A stretch of 38,870 nucleotides of DNA from Bigelowiella natans CCMP2755 (lineage: Eukaryota; Protista; Cercozoa). Within the stretch, counting starts at the first letter, position 1; every line of letters starts with the position of its first letter. Shown in pieces: positions 14,574 through 24,416 of the stretch. The translations under genes and the position numbers were made by a program. The stretch covers positions 1 to 38,870 of the forward strand of contig ADNK01002051.1 in NCBI GenBank assembly GCA_000320545.1, given 5' to 3'. A model generated the notes under the pieces. That model worked only from the letters and a program-made list of their open reading frames with translations, was not told the origin of the DNA and ran no database searches.

Positions 14574-16832
14574 TTACAACGCGTTCAACCTTCGCAGCCC
14601 CAACCTTAATTTGTTGATCTCTTTCCGCACGTTCTCCAACCTTTCCGCTGTGTCCCTTTTCTCTATTATCTCGGCTCGTTTTCGAGCTCCCTTTCTCGCA
14701 AGCTTTGCCTGCTGATTCTCAAGCCTGTCTCTTTCCAGCGACAAATCCATGAGCCGCTTCTCCATTTCCATGCTATTCATGTTTTGGTTTCTCCCTCCCC
14801 CACTCCTTGTTTCCCTCCCGATATTTTCCCTGCTTCCGGCAACGGTTCCGGGGGGGGAGGGGCCCCCAGGACCCAGCCCAGGATACGAGCCTAGTCTATC
14901 TTTCCGATCCGGCCTGCTACCACTATTTCCAGGCTGGGGAAGGTTGATGCCCCCTGAAAAGACTGCTGAATTCGAGGTACTACCACTTGGTCTGCGATGC
15001 TGCGAAGAAGAGGAGGCGCCAAGATAATCAGTTGGCTTTAGAATTCCTTGTGGCTGAGGCCGCGGTGGCGTCGCCATCGAGGAGGTAGAAGCGGGGTAGC
15101 GGTTGGCGGGGTTTGAGGGCCTGTTTGCCCAGGGTTCAGCCGTTTTCTCTGACCGGTAATGATCATCGTTTTCTCCAAGCCTGCGTCCCAATGAGAGCGA
15201 GACGCTTTGGTGCACAGACGGCTTAGTAGGGGGGGGGTCGTCGTTGTGTCGTCTCCATCTCTGTGTGTGGGGAGGGGTGGTTGGTTCGCCTGCTGCCCTC
15301 ATGCTTCCTGACTGAAATCCGTCGGCAGCTCGAGGAATAGGGGGTTGGTAGCCGTACGGATGGGTGCTTTGGCGATGGTCAAACGCACTACCAGCTTTGC
15401 TTTCAGGAGGCCAAGCTCTTGGAACGCCATTTTGAGATGCCAAGCTTGCCTTGCGATGCGAGTCACGGAAAGCGCGCAAGGTCTCGCCCTGCCGTTCGCA
15501 CAGCTGCGTGATCGTGTCAATTTGGTGCCGGAGCGACAGAATTTCGGCGTCTCTGTCGGCCAGCATGTTCTCCTGGCTCGCACAGGCGTGTTCCAGCCCA
15601 CGCACTCTCGCATCCATTTTCTGCAACTCGGCGCTCTGATTCGTGCAGTCATCCAGCAACTTCGCTCTTGCTTTTGCGTCCTCCTCGGCGTCTTGTTGGC
15701 GCTTCTGCAGCTGCTCCTCCAAAAAGCCACACCGCTTTGCCCCTTCATCCAGCTCGTTCTTCAGCATGGACACTGTGTGGTCATGCTCGTCTTCCCTGCG
15801 GACCATTACCAACTGAAAGTCCTTGATCCTTGCCTCTCCGTCTCTTCGCTGCTCCGAGAGAGCTCTCTCGGCGTCAGCGAGGCCAGTGGTTATACGCGTG
15901 AGTTCCATCTGCGTGCTCCTACTGCCGTCTTCCGCCTGGCTGAGCGCGTCACGCAGTTGCTGGATTTCTCTCCGTTTGCTCTCACTGTTTGCAGCTTCTG
16001 TCTTCAAGGTGTGCTTCAAGGTCGCTACCTCTGCGATCAGCTCCTGGATCTGGGACTCCAAGCTCTCACTTCGCCTCCGGGAGAGGTCTTTTGACTCGAT
16101 CAGGTTTTCGCATTGCTGCTTTAATGCTTTGTTCTCTTTGACAAGGATTTCTATCTCACTTGAGGTCGCACCTCCTCCATCGATGGAAGACAGTTCGCTA
16201 TCTCGTCGTCTCAAAGATGTTCGACCAACCCCACCCCCTGCAGGCATGATATCTTCCCTTGGAATTGTGCTTGCTGTACTCTGTCTTCTCAAATATGACG
16301 GGGCTCGTCCCGGCACTGACTCTACTCCCTGTATGCTATTGCTTCTCACAGTGAAGTTATCTTGTTCCCCCTGGATGACCTGTGCTTGCTTCTGGATAGA
16401 CAGAAGCTTATTCATGCTTGTTGGTGGTGTAGCGGGCTCGGAACCCGCCCCAGTGAAGGGCACAAATTCGGAGTGTGAAGGAAGCTCTACAAGATATGTT
16501 GAATCGGGAAACCCCTTGTCCATTCGTGTCTCGGAATCGGCTGCCTCATTTACAGGCTTCCATTCGGATGTGCCCCATTCTCCCCACCCATCCTCGTCTG
16601 CTAGACTCTTCAGACTCTGAATCGACGCCCTGCTCATTTGCATGGCTTGCGTTATCGTTTTCATTTCGTTGCTATGGCGTCGAATCTCTGTGCTATTATT
16701 CGGTTGATTCGAAGGATGTGTCGCAGCAACACTGGCACCATCGCCAATGGGCATTGCTTGAGAAACGATATTGGGGGAAGGGTTCTCAGCGGTTTCGTTT
16801 CCGCCGCCGCCGTAACGTTGGGGTTCCTGCAT
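14574..16832 (-). CDS. 752-aa coiled-coil protein; C-terminal helical hairpin reminiscent of MPHOSPH9
   Basis: Uninterrupted ORF with a central E/Q/L/R heptad region. The C-terminus (MEKRLMDLSLERDRLENQQAKLARKGARKRAEIIEKRDTAERLENVRKEINKLRLGLRRLNAL) resembles the MPHOSPH9 C-terminus from memory, unverified. An extra upstream exon is possible. Confidence 0.75.
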   Translation of the reverse strand: MQEPQRYGGGGNETAENPSPNIVSQAMPIGDGASVAATHPSNQPNNSTEIRRHSNEMKTITQAMQMSRASIQSLKSLADEDGWGEWGTSEWKPVNEAADSETRMDKGFPDSTYLVELPSHSEFVPFTGAGSEPATPPTSMNKLLSIQKQAQVIQGEQDNFTVRSNSIQGVESVPGRAPSYLRRQSTASTIPREDIMPAGGGVGRTSLRRRDSELSSIDGGGATSSEIEILVKENKALKQQCENLIESKDLSRRRSESLESQIQELIAEVATLKHTLKTEAANSESKRREIQQLRDALSQAEDGSRSTQMELTRITTGLADAERALSEQRRDGEARIKDFQLVMVRREDEHDHTVSMLKNELDEGAKRCGFLEEQLQKRQQDAEEDAKARAKLLDDCTNQSAELQKMDARVRGLEHACASQENMLADRDAEILSLRHQIDTITQLCERQGETLRAFRDSHRKASLASQNGVPRAWPPESKAGSAFDHRQSTHPYGYQPPIPRAADGFQSGSMRAAGEPTTPPHTQRWRRHNDDPPPTKPSVHQSVSLSLGRRLGENDDHYRSEKTAEPWANRPSNPANRYPASTSSMATPPRPQPQGILKPTDYLGASSSSQHRRPSGSTSNSAVFSGGINLPQPGNSGSRPDRKDRLGSYPGLGPGGPSPPGTVAGSRENIGRETRSGGGRNQNMNSMEMEKRLMDLSLERDRLENQQAKLARKGARKRAEIIEKRDTAERLENVRKEINKLRLGLRRLNAL

Positions 16833-17199
16833 ACCCTAATTACGGTCGTAATTTAGAAAGGTTGCTTCACTGGAAGACGGGTGGGAGGTAGACAGACGGG
16901 TCTTCTTCAACTTCCTTCCTTTTTGCCTACATGGAGAAGGAGCAAAGGGCGGATAAGAAATATCACCTTCAGAAACGTTTATCTATATCAAGCGTACTTA
17001 TCGACAAGGAAAAAAGCAGTTTGTGTTAGGGAGAAAACGCTCCCGCGAATATCCCCGTTATATGCCCTGGCAGCGAACCTTGAGCGGAAGCGTGTGGGGC
17101 GTTAATATGGAAGGAATCGTCGGTAGCCAATTGGCGGGAAGTGATACGTTACGGGAAGAGATATGATTTTCACTCATTTTTGTCATGTCGTATCCCTAG

Positions 17200-18290
17200 A
17201 TCCTCCTTGATTGTTGTATATTACAAAATATTGGCACTCGAAAGTTGTCGCTCAAATAAAAAATAATGTGATTTCCACATCTGCACAGAGCCATCAAAAA
17301 ATCTTGTAAATCGCCGTTTATACTAAAAAAAGCGCTTCTTACGTTGTCGTTGTAGATAATTGACTCCTCTTCTCACAATAAAGAATTTCCGATCACATTC
17401 TGCAAGATGGTGAGGCCGCCGCCCGCCCCGTCTTTTGTGTCTCTGTGATGAATTCTTTATAGTTATCCCTGGCCGAGAAGCTTCTTATGTGGAATGAACT
17501 GATTCTGAGAAACACCAAACCAAAACATATTAGAAATTTATTGGAAAACACCTCTCCCAAATGTTGGACTGATCCGTCCTCTTTGTTCGTTCAGATGTTA
17601 ATGCTGGGAAAGATAGGTTATCTTCAGACGATTACTGTGCACTGAGATGATGAATGAACCTTTATTCTCACGATGGTCTTCAGATTTAAAATGTTGAGAA
17701 ATAGGAATTACTGATTATACTTCACACATGTGCTTGAAGCATGCGATCTCAGCTTAGAATTCTGTTGATGCTGACATCTAATATTTTCTCTAGATAGGAG
17801 TCGAGCTTGAAGGGAGTATGAGCAGGTATTATTCTAAATGGGAAAACATTAATTTAAATTTTTATATTCTAAATGATGATTATCTCAGTCATGCACCACT
17901 CTGATTTCGAGTGAAGATAATACTGCTTTCAATCTGAAAAAATAAATACAATCTAGCATTTTCATCTCCCCATCCTTGTCTTCGTGTTAAAAGTGAGTTT
18001 TGGTCACAGGTGTAAGTTTCAAGAAAGTTTGAAAGCTTAATGTCTCATGTAAGTGATTTTGGAGAGTTCTGAAAGGTGTGCAGTGCATGTCTGCTATCGT
18101 TGAAAATAATATACATCATATCACCTCCCAAGGGGTTGCACCGATACGTACCAATGATACACCATTACCACCGATGCGATCGAAGTCTCTGCGTTGTATC
18201 TCTCAATGCAAGGGATCAAAACGCCATCGAAGAATAATATGCACATGGATGGCTCAGTGGCACGCACCATTGCTCCTGGGTCAATTATGA
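17200..18290 (+). CDS. Putative micro-exon gene, product unknown
   Basis: A chain of short AG..GT-bounded segments can be joined in frame as ILLDCCILQNIGTRK/AIKKSCKSPFILKKALLT/ISDHILQD/VIPGREASY/MLMLGKI/DLK/SCDLSLEF, and separately as IGVELEG/IMHHSDF/DEFWSQ/CMSAIVENNIHH. One junction and the start are unresolved. Confidence 0.35.
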
Positions 18291-18652
18291 TGCAAAAATC
18301 GTACTGTTGCTTGTATCAGCGTACCCTAAGTACTTTTTGTACTTTTTTAGATACACACAAATGACAATGCATCTATGTGTGCATGCACGGTACGCGCGCA
18401 TGTGCGTACGATGAGATGCGATGCCATCGATCATTGCGGCCATTGTAGCATTCACACTGCTAGACTGGCGGCATGTCATAGTGCAGCTCTAGAGTTGTAT
18501 GCATAGGCCTTATCTGATGCCATTTGTTGTGCTAGTGTATGTGTGTACGTGTTTATATTGGATGATACACACATACTAAACGTACGCTACATGCTAGCAT
18601 GCGTACAGCAAGCAGAGACATGCACACTCGTAGTCACACATGTGTCATATAT

Positions 18653-19184
18653 GAGACGGATGTAATGAAATGTTTAAATTTTTTCAATGGTCATCCTAAT
18701 GTAGCTGTGCAATGCAGCGGCTACAGCGCTTAAATTGTGTCTGTTTGTTTCCTTGGTCACATGGCGCATGCATGAAAATGCATCATGTTTTGGTCTAGCA
18801 TGTCGCGCTTTGCGCGCAGCTTCTCGACTTGTTTTTTCTGCGGTTGTGAGGCGCGTGGTCTCATCATTGCGATCCATGATCGCCGTCAGTTGTTTGTTGA
18901 TTCTGAGTCTCTGTGATCCGTATTTCCTGCATTGCAGAATGTGGTCCATGTCTTGCAGTGTGTTGCATGTGGCCGCACATTGCTTCCAATTTTGTGCGTT
19001 GTCCTCTGGACAGCAGAAATGTTACAATGTTGCCAACACCACAAATGGCGCGCATCCATGATGTGGCAATGCTTGGTAGCTTCAATGTGATTCCTGTTGT
19101 CCGAGAGCCAGGCATGAAGTCAAGCTTTTTCAAATGCATGGCCTTGGTTCCCTCTTTGCTCCAGTTTGTTTTGAAGTTGGACAT
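18653..19184 (-). mobile_element. 5'-truncated non-LTR retrotransposon (LINE) relic: ORF2 C-terminal zinc knuckle plus 3' end
   Basis: Minus-strand translation WKQCAATCNTLQDMDHILQCRKYGSQRLRINKQL (CX3CX7HX3C, typical of the LINE ORF2 C-terminus) continues to ...ETNRHNLSAVAAALHSYIRMTIEKI*. A short 3' tail ACATTTCATTACATCCGTCTC follows, and this terminus recurs elsewhere in the window. Confidence 0.7.
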
Positions 19185-19762
19185 GTATACATGCTACTCA
19201 TTACTAGCTTATATAACATATATTATATATACGTATGTCTATAGTTATAGTCTCTATGCTAGTATGACTACTACTACACTCAGAATTCTAGCTGCCATGC
19301 CACATGGAATTGCTGTCATGTTCTACTAGCTAGTAGTCTAGTGTTGGCAGCTAACATGCATGCAAGATGACGCGAGCAGCTCTAGAGCTGTACGTACGTG
19401 CTAGTTATACGTACATGCTAGTACATGTCGTGTGACCATAGCTAGACCACATGCTAGCTAGCATACGTACGTATATGGCGTGCTAGCGTGTACAGTGTAC
19501 GCACGCATGCGTGCGACGAGCCAGCATGCACGTGAACCTGCACGCATGCGATGCAAGCATGAATCGATGCGATGAATCGTCTACACAGTGTTTATGATGA
19601 GAAAAATCCATGGGGCTCACGAGCGCGATACGATTAGCATGCATTATAGATGCTAGCCGCTTATGAAAATGCAAGTGCTTTGCCATATGGTTGCTGAGCG
19701 AAGGAAGCTTGCTTGTCGCACTAAATCCGGCGAAGGGGTGCCATCGCCAAATCCCCTTCACA

Positions 19763-19812
19763 TTTCTTATGAGTCAACATTAGCAGCTTTCTTATGAATC
19801 AACATTAGTAGC
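19763..19812. repeat. 25-bp tandem duplication downstream of OSCP
   Basis: tttcttatgagtcaacattagcagc / tttcttatgaatcaacattagtagc. Confidence 0.85.
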
Positions 19813-19941
19813 AAGGTAGGGAACAACACTTTTTTGGTACTTATAGGCGTGATGTAATCATTTTTTCTGAGGAACAATATCCCCTCCTGCGCCTAAACAT
19901 ATCATCATGAAAATCTCGTGATACTGATTTCTGCTCTGAAA

Positions 19942-21141
19942 TTAAGCTGGAATTTTGCTCATTAGAGTATCAAGGCTTTTCTTTGCAGAAAGGTCGACAA
20001 AGCGATCCTCAATAAGAAGCTGGAATCCCGCGATCAAAGAGGTATCGGTCTTCTCGGATAAGAGAAGCTTGGAATCAGAGTCAACGTACTTTTGAATAAC
20101 GGATAGAATTTGAGCTTTCTGCTTGTCCGTGAGAGGCTGCGTAGAAATTCATTAGGAAAAATGGACATTGGATATGAAATGAAATTTGTACCGCGGCACC
20201 CACGATCTCCACGTTAACTTCCTTCAATACTTTGCCGATGAGTTTCTGCACTTCTTCTGCAATTGCTGGAATTTCCTCGACAACACCTGCATATACTTTT
20301 ATCACTGCTGATCTATACTTAATAAATCAAAGGGACAAAAACCTTCGTCTTTGAATGATCCCAGAAGCGATGCTGAGAGTGGGTTTAGAGCAGGGTATTT
20401 GCCTAATGCCTTGACTACAGCAGCCTTCTCCTTGCCCTCAAGCTTCGCCTGTAATAAGAAGAGAAGGTTTAGGTCTATTAGGGATTCCTTTAATTTTTCC
20501 CACTACCAATTCTGCCTTCGAAGCTTGGCTAGCCTGGAACATGACGTTCATGTCGTTGACAAAATCGTTGGTGGTACCCTGGCCATTCTGATTGAAATTA
20601 TATCTTAATCTCTGAAGAGGACTGAGTTATTTTAATTTAAAACCTTAACAGCCTCGAGTGTGCGGGGATCTTTGAAAACCTTTCCAAGATACTTGAAATC
20701 GTTACGTACAGGATCGAGAGCCTTCAGATGATACGCTGCGTTGACTGTCATTCCCGCATACTTCGACCCACGTGCCTGAAAACATTAAAAACTCCAGGTT
20801 AGAGAGAACTTGAGTTTTGGATTTAAGTCTATCCATTCATACCGGTGGAGCATTTGGTGCAGGTGTGGTGAGAATCTTTTTCCACTCCTAAAAATTTATA
20901 CGGTTCAGTTTTCCAACGAGAATCTTTCTCATGAATACGTGAATCCCAAATAAAAAGACGCTCAGTAAATCACCTCCTTGGTGGATGGGAGCTTGGCGAA
21001 GGTACGGACACCCTATTGGAAAGAAATAGTTATGGAAAGCTGATAAATTTCAAAAATGTTACGTCAAATTCATATTAGAGTGAGAGATTAGATGATGGGG
21101 GGGGGGACCTTAGGGAAGCGCAAGCCAACACGAGCAAGCAT
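19942..21141 (-). CDS. ATP5O: Mitochondrial ATP synthase OSCP subunit (delta family), multi-exon
   Basis: Presequence-like MLARVGLRFPK/GVRTFAKL; SKYAGMTVNAAYHLKALDPVRNDFKYL; LNPLSASLL; EVNVEIVGAA/PLTDKQKAQI...KTDTSLIAGFQLLIEDRFVDLSAKKSLDTL matches the OSCP C-terminal signature. All introns can be modelled as GT-AG. Confidence 0.9.
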
Positions 21142-21971
21142 CGATGCGTTCAGACTATAATGAATTTTTCAGTTTTCTGGTATAGATCAAATAGATATCT
21201 TTAGTCACGCGAGACACACATAATTGATGTCTTATCCAGATCTTAAGGTGAATTTCTGAACTATTATTTCGCTGATGTAGCATGTTCCCATCTGAGAAGA
21301 ATTGATACGTTCAGACCTACGAAACTAAACCTTGTCTTTAATTTATTAAAAAGTAATATAGGATAGATGTTAATTTCGTAAAGCGACATAAAATATATTA
21401 CGTCGTCATATTTTGAAATAGTCATGCATGATTTTGCGGCGCGCAAGGTTACACTGGCTAGCAGTGTGAGATTTAGATTGATTTATGTCTTAGACAAAAG
21501 AGACATTGCATCAGTTTCTGACAGGGATTTCTATATTATCAACATAATTCAGGCTAATAACTAAATATTATCGGAATTTTTGCAGTTTTTTGGACTCCAC
21601 AAACCAAACCGATCTCAATGTACGAAGATACACGTCTCCCCGCTTAATAATTTTAGCTTGGGCCGATTTGTGATTCTGGCTTTCTTTCGATGGTTCCTTT
21701 GATGTCGCAAACCAAAATCCAACTGTCGCGCAACAGTTTCAGAGAATTATATCACTTGCGACAACGTTAAGGCTGTGACGGCCCGGCTTTTTTAATGGGG
21801 AAATTAGATGTGCTTCATAAAAAATTCTGATAGCGAGGATTTGATCTGTTTTTTGACATTTTTTCATCAATTAAACCAAAAAACACCGTAGCTTAATCGG
21901 GGAATTAATCGTGAAACTGAATTTGTCGGGGGACTATTCTCCGTTTACGGCGCTTGTCTTGCATACAGAGG

Positions 21972-22801
21972 ATGCCAAAGGTGCGTTTAGGGGTGGTGGG
22001 GGGAGGAGGGACATAAGAAGCTGATTAAGCTCGAAAATTACATGGGACACAGAAGTTAGTTTTCCTTGTATAGAATTGCAGATATGCTTTTGAAGCTAAA
22101 ACATTGTATCACATCTCAATCACTGTGGGAAATTAAATTGCCACAGCTATCAATTCATAAGAGATTTTTTTGTATAGTTTCTAAGCTACGTTAAAGTTTA
22201 GCAGTACAACGATATTGAGAATGATGTGTGTATTTTCCAGCAAAAAGTAGCACCGAAGTGGTATCCTACCGAGGATGGACCAAAGAAACTAACGAAGACG
22301 ATCAAAAAGAAATCCCAGGGCACCAAACTTCGCAAATCTATTGTCCCTGGAACTGTCTTGATTCTTCTTGCTGGCCGCTTTAAGGGTAAGCGCGTCGTGT
22401 TCCTCAAGCAGCTTGAATCCGGTCTGCTCCTGGTTTCTGGTCCTTTTAAAGTAAACGGTGTCCCCCTTCGTCGTGTAAACCAGACATACGTTATTGCTAC
22501 ATCCACCAAGATTGATGTTTCGAGCGTGGACACCTCTGGTATCTCTGACGCCCCTGATCAAAAGACCAAGCGCCACTTTTTCTCGAAGGTTGTAGCTGAG
22601 ACAAAAGAAGATTCCGGGGATTCAGAATTCGTATCTCAAGAAACAAAAAAGGCAGGCCTTACGGAAGAGCGCAAAGCCATGCAAAATAAGGTTGACACTG
22701 CTCTCCTTGCATCCATTCAAAAGACCCCAATGATGAAGGATTACCTTAAGTCGCGGTTCAGCCTGCAGAAAGGAGATTTGCCGCATTTGATGAAATTCTA
22801 A
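21972..22801 (+). CDS. RPL6: 60S ribosomal protein L6 (eL6); exons 21972-21980 and 22241-22801
   Basis: MPK, intron gtgcgt...ttccag, then QKVAPKWYPTED...KLRKSIVPGTVLILLAGRFKGKRVVFLKQLESGLLLVSGPFKVNGVPLRRVNQTYVIATSTK...YLKSRFSLQKGDLPHLMKF*. Confidence 0.97.
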
Positions 22802-23505
22802 AGGCGTGGCCGTGTTTGAGTGATTTGTTGCGTTTGTAGCTTAATGTGCTGCATATGAAGCAAAGTTGAACTTATCAAGCATTAAAATTAGCAAACTACA
22901 TCCTTTTGTATCCTTATATACACTCTACTCATGTTTTATTTCTTTCGAGAGATTGGGATGGGGATTTAGATTGAATGAACTCATCTAGTCATGTATGTAG
23001 CACTTTGGAAACAAATGATGTGGAGTAACCTGTTAAGAAGTGCTGTGGAGATGTGGATTCAGAATTCATTGGCATCTTCTGAGCTCAAAATTTCATCGTA
23101 AATAATTATTGCACCCGCACCGGCAGCACAAGATCACGATTTTGCGGGCAGGGCATGCATGTGCGTAGTCATCATGAGTGCGGCGGGTTTCAACACATGT
23201 GCACACCTAGACACATATCTCAGCGCAATGTGCATATTATTTTTGCAAGTCAAATCGAGTTTGACGACGGTAACAAAGTAATAAATTAACAGATCGAGAT
23301 AGACGTCTAGATGTAGCTAGATGATCGACCCCTATGAACCCAGGAAGTGCGTGGACCTGTACGTCGGTCGATCTATGTAGCTATAAATAATTGCATGCAT
23401 GCTCGCTAGCTATGTCTCGATCATGGGATCACCATGCATGCTATGTGATCTAGCATCTAGCTTTAGACATGTTATCTGCTACGTGTAGCTAGTACACTAG
23501 ATCAT

Positions 23506-23606
23506 GAGACGGGTGTAACTAATGAATTGATCAAATCATTTTCAATGAAGGATGTGGCCATAACATTGTTGAAAAGATTTATTAATCAATTCACTGCATC
23601 CGTCTC
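23506..23606. mobile_element. Two inverted ~45-50 bp LINE 3'-end stubs (tails pointing outward)
   Basis: Left arm gagacgggtgtaactaatgaattgatcaaatcattttcaatg. The reverse complement of the right arm is gagacggatgcagtgaattgattaataaatcttttcaacaatg. Both match the terminus at 18653 and 34595. Confidence 0.7.
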
Positions 23607-24251
23607 ATGCATGTATGATCTACATAGCTTGTATGCTGCATGTCTAGCGAACATGTGCGCTTGATAGCAATGTACCACAGTACATGATGAAAGCAAATGC
23701 TTTGGCGCGTGCATGCTAGCATGCATGGCGGCTACGCTATTAGCATATACATGCAGCAGCAGCAAGCTGCTCATCTAGTGCTGTGAGTGCACAGCGACAC
23801 ATCTATGGTCATGCACATGGCATCACATCAACAACATGCACAGACGCACATCGGCATCGTATCGCTGATCGCATGTGACACGCGCTATGTACAAGTGTAC
23901 AAGAGACGCAACAACAGTATACTGCGCTAGTGCGCGCGCGTGCGCAGCCTGCATCGCAGGCACCACATCGATCAATGCAATGCAATGTTGCATGCTACGC
24001 TGGCACGTCATGCTGGCACATCATGAGATCTGCGCAAACGCGTACGTCGCAACAACTGTGAGATGAGAGATAGATAGAGCAACGTATTTTCCACGGTTGC
24101 ATGTGACCACATTGCTGTCCATGAAGCAGATCTTGTGCAAACATCTGTGTGCTTTTCATGAATATTAGGTGCATGCATTTATACATTGGAGATAAACTGA
24201 ATTGTAGGGGCAAAAGAGCAACTTCAAAAGATTCATCAGGCCGCAATATAT

Positions 24252-24292
24252 ATTGGAAAAATCTAATTTATTATATTTATTACATCCGTCTC
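24252..24292 (+). mobile_element. LINE 3'-end stub, same family (diverged)
   Basis: attggaaaaatctaa (IGKI*, compare IEKI*) followed by tttattatatttattacatccgtctc. Confidence 0.6.
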
Positions 24293-24416
24293 AATGGTAG
24301 TGTAAACGACTTCATCATATAAATCCAAGACATGAAGCTTTATTTCAGATGTAATCTGTAACGACACAATTGCATCACTTGCGCAGTGCAAGCAACATGT
24401 GCAATCAACCCATTTT

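Noticed and set aside
15345-16620. Long plus-strand ORFs (249 and 265 aa)
   Set aside because: Antisense shadows of the 752-aa coiled-coil gene.
17407-17817. Alternative 38-aa peptide MVRPPPAPYPWPRSFLYVNAGKDRFKIMRSQLRILSRA, or TGA read-through
   Set aside because: It needs a weak donor, and a different frame joins more exons; there is no evidence for recoding.
20340-20515. Apparent GC-AG introns in OSCP
   Set aside because: Reading on to nearby GT donors (AEL|gtagtg; SFKDE G|gttttg) keeps the frame and improves the OSCP match.
23318-23375. Stem-loop gatcgacc...ggtcgatc as a possible ncRNA
   Set aside because: No recognisable RNA-family motif, and short inverted repeats are expected in this palindrome-rich zone.
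23506-24292. MITE or DNA transposon bounded by GAGACGG terminal inverted repeats
   Set aside because: No consistent TSD, and the motif is contiguous with a LINE ORF2 stop codon and zinc knuckle at 18653-18980.
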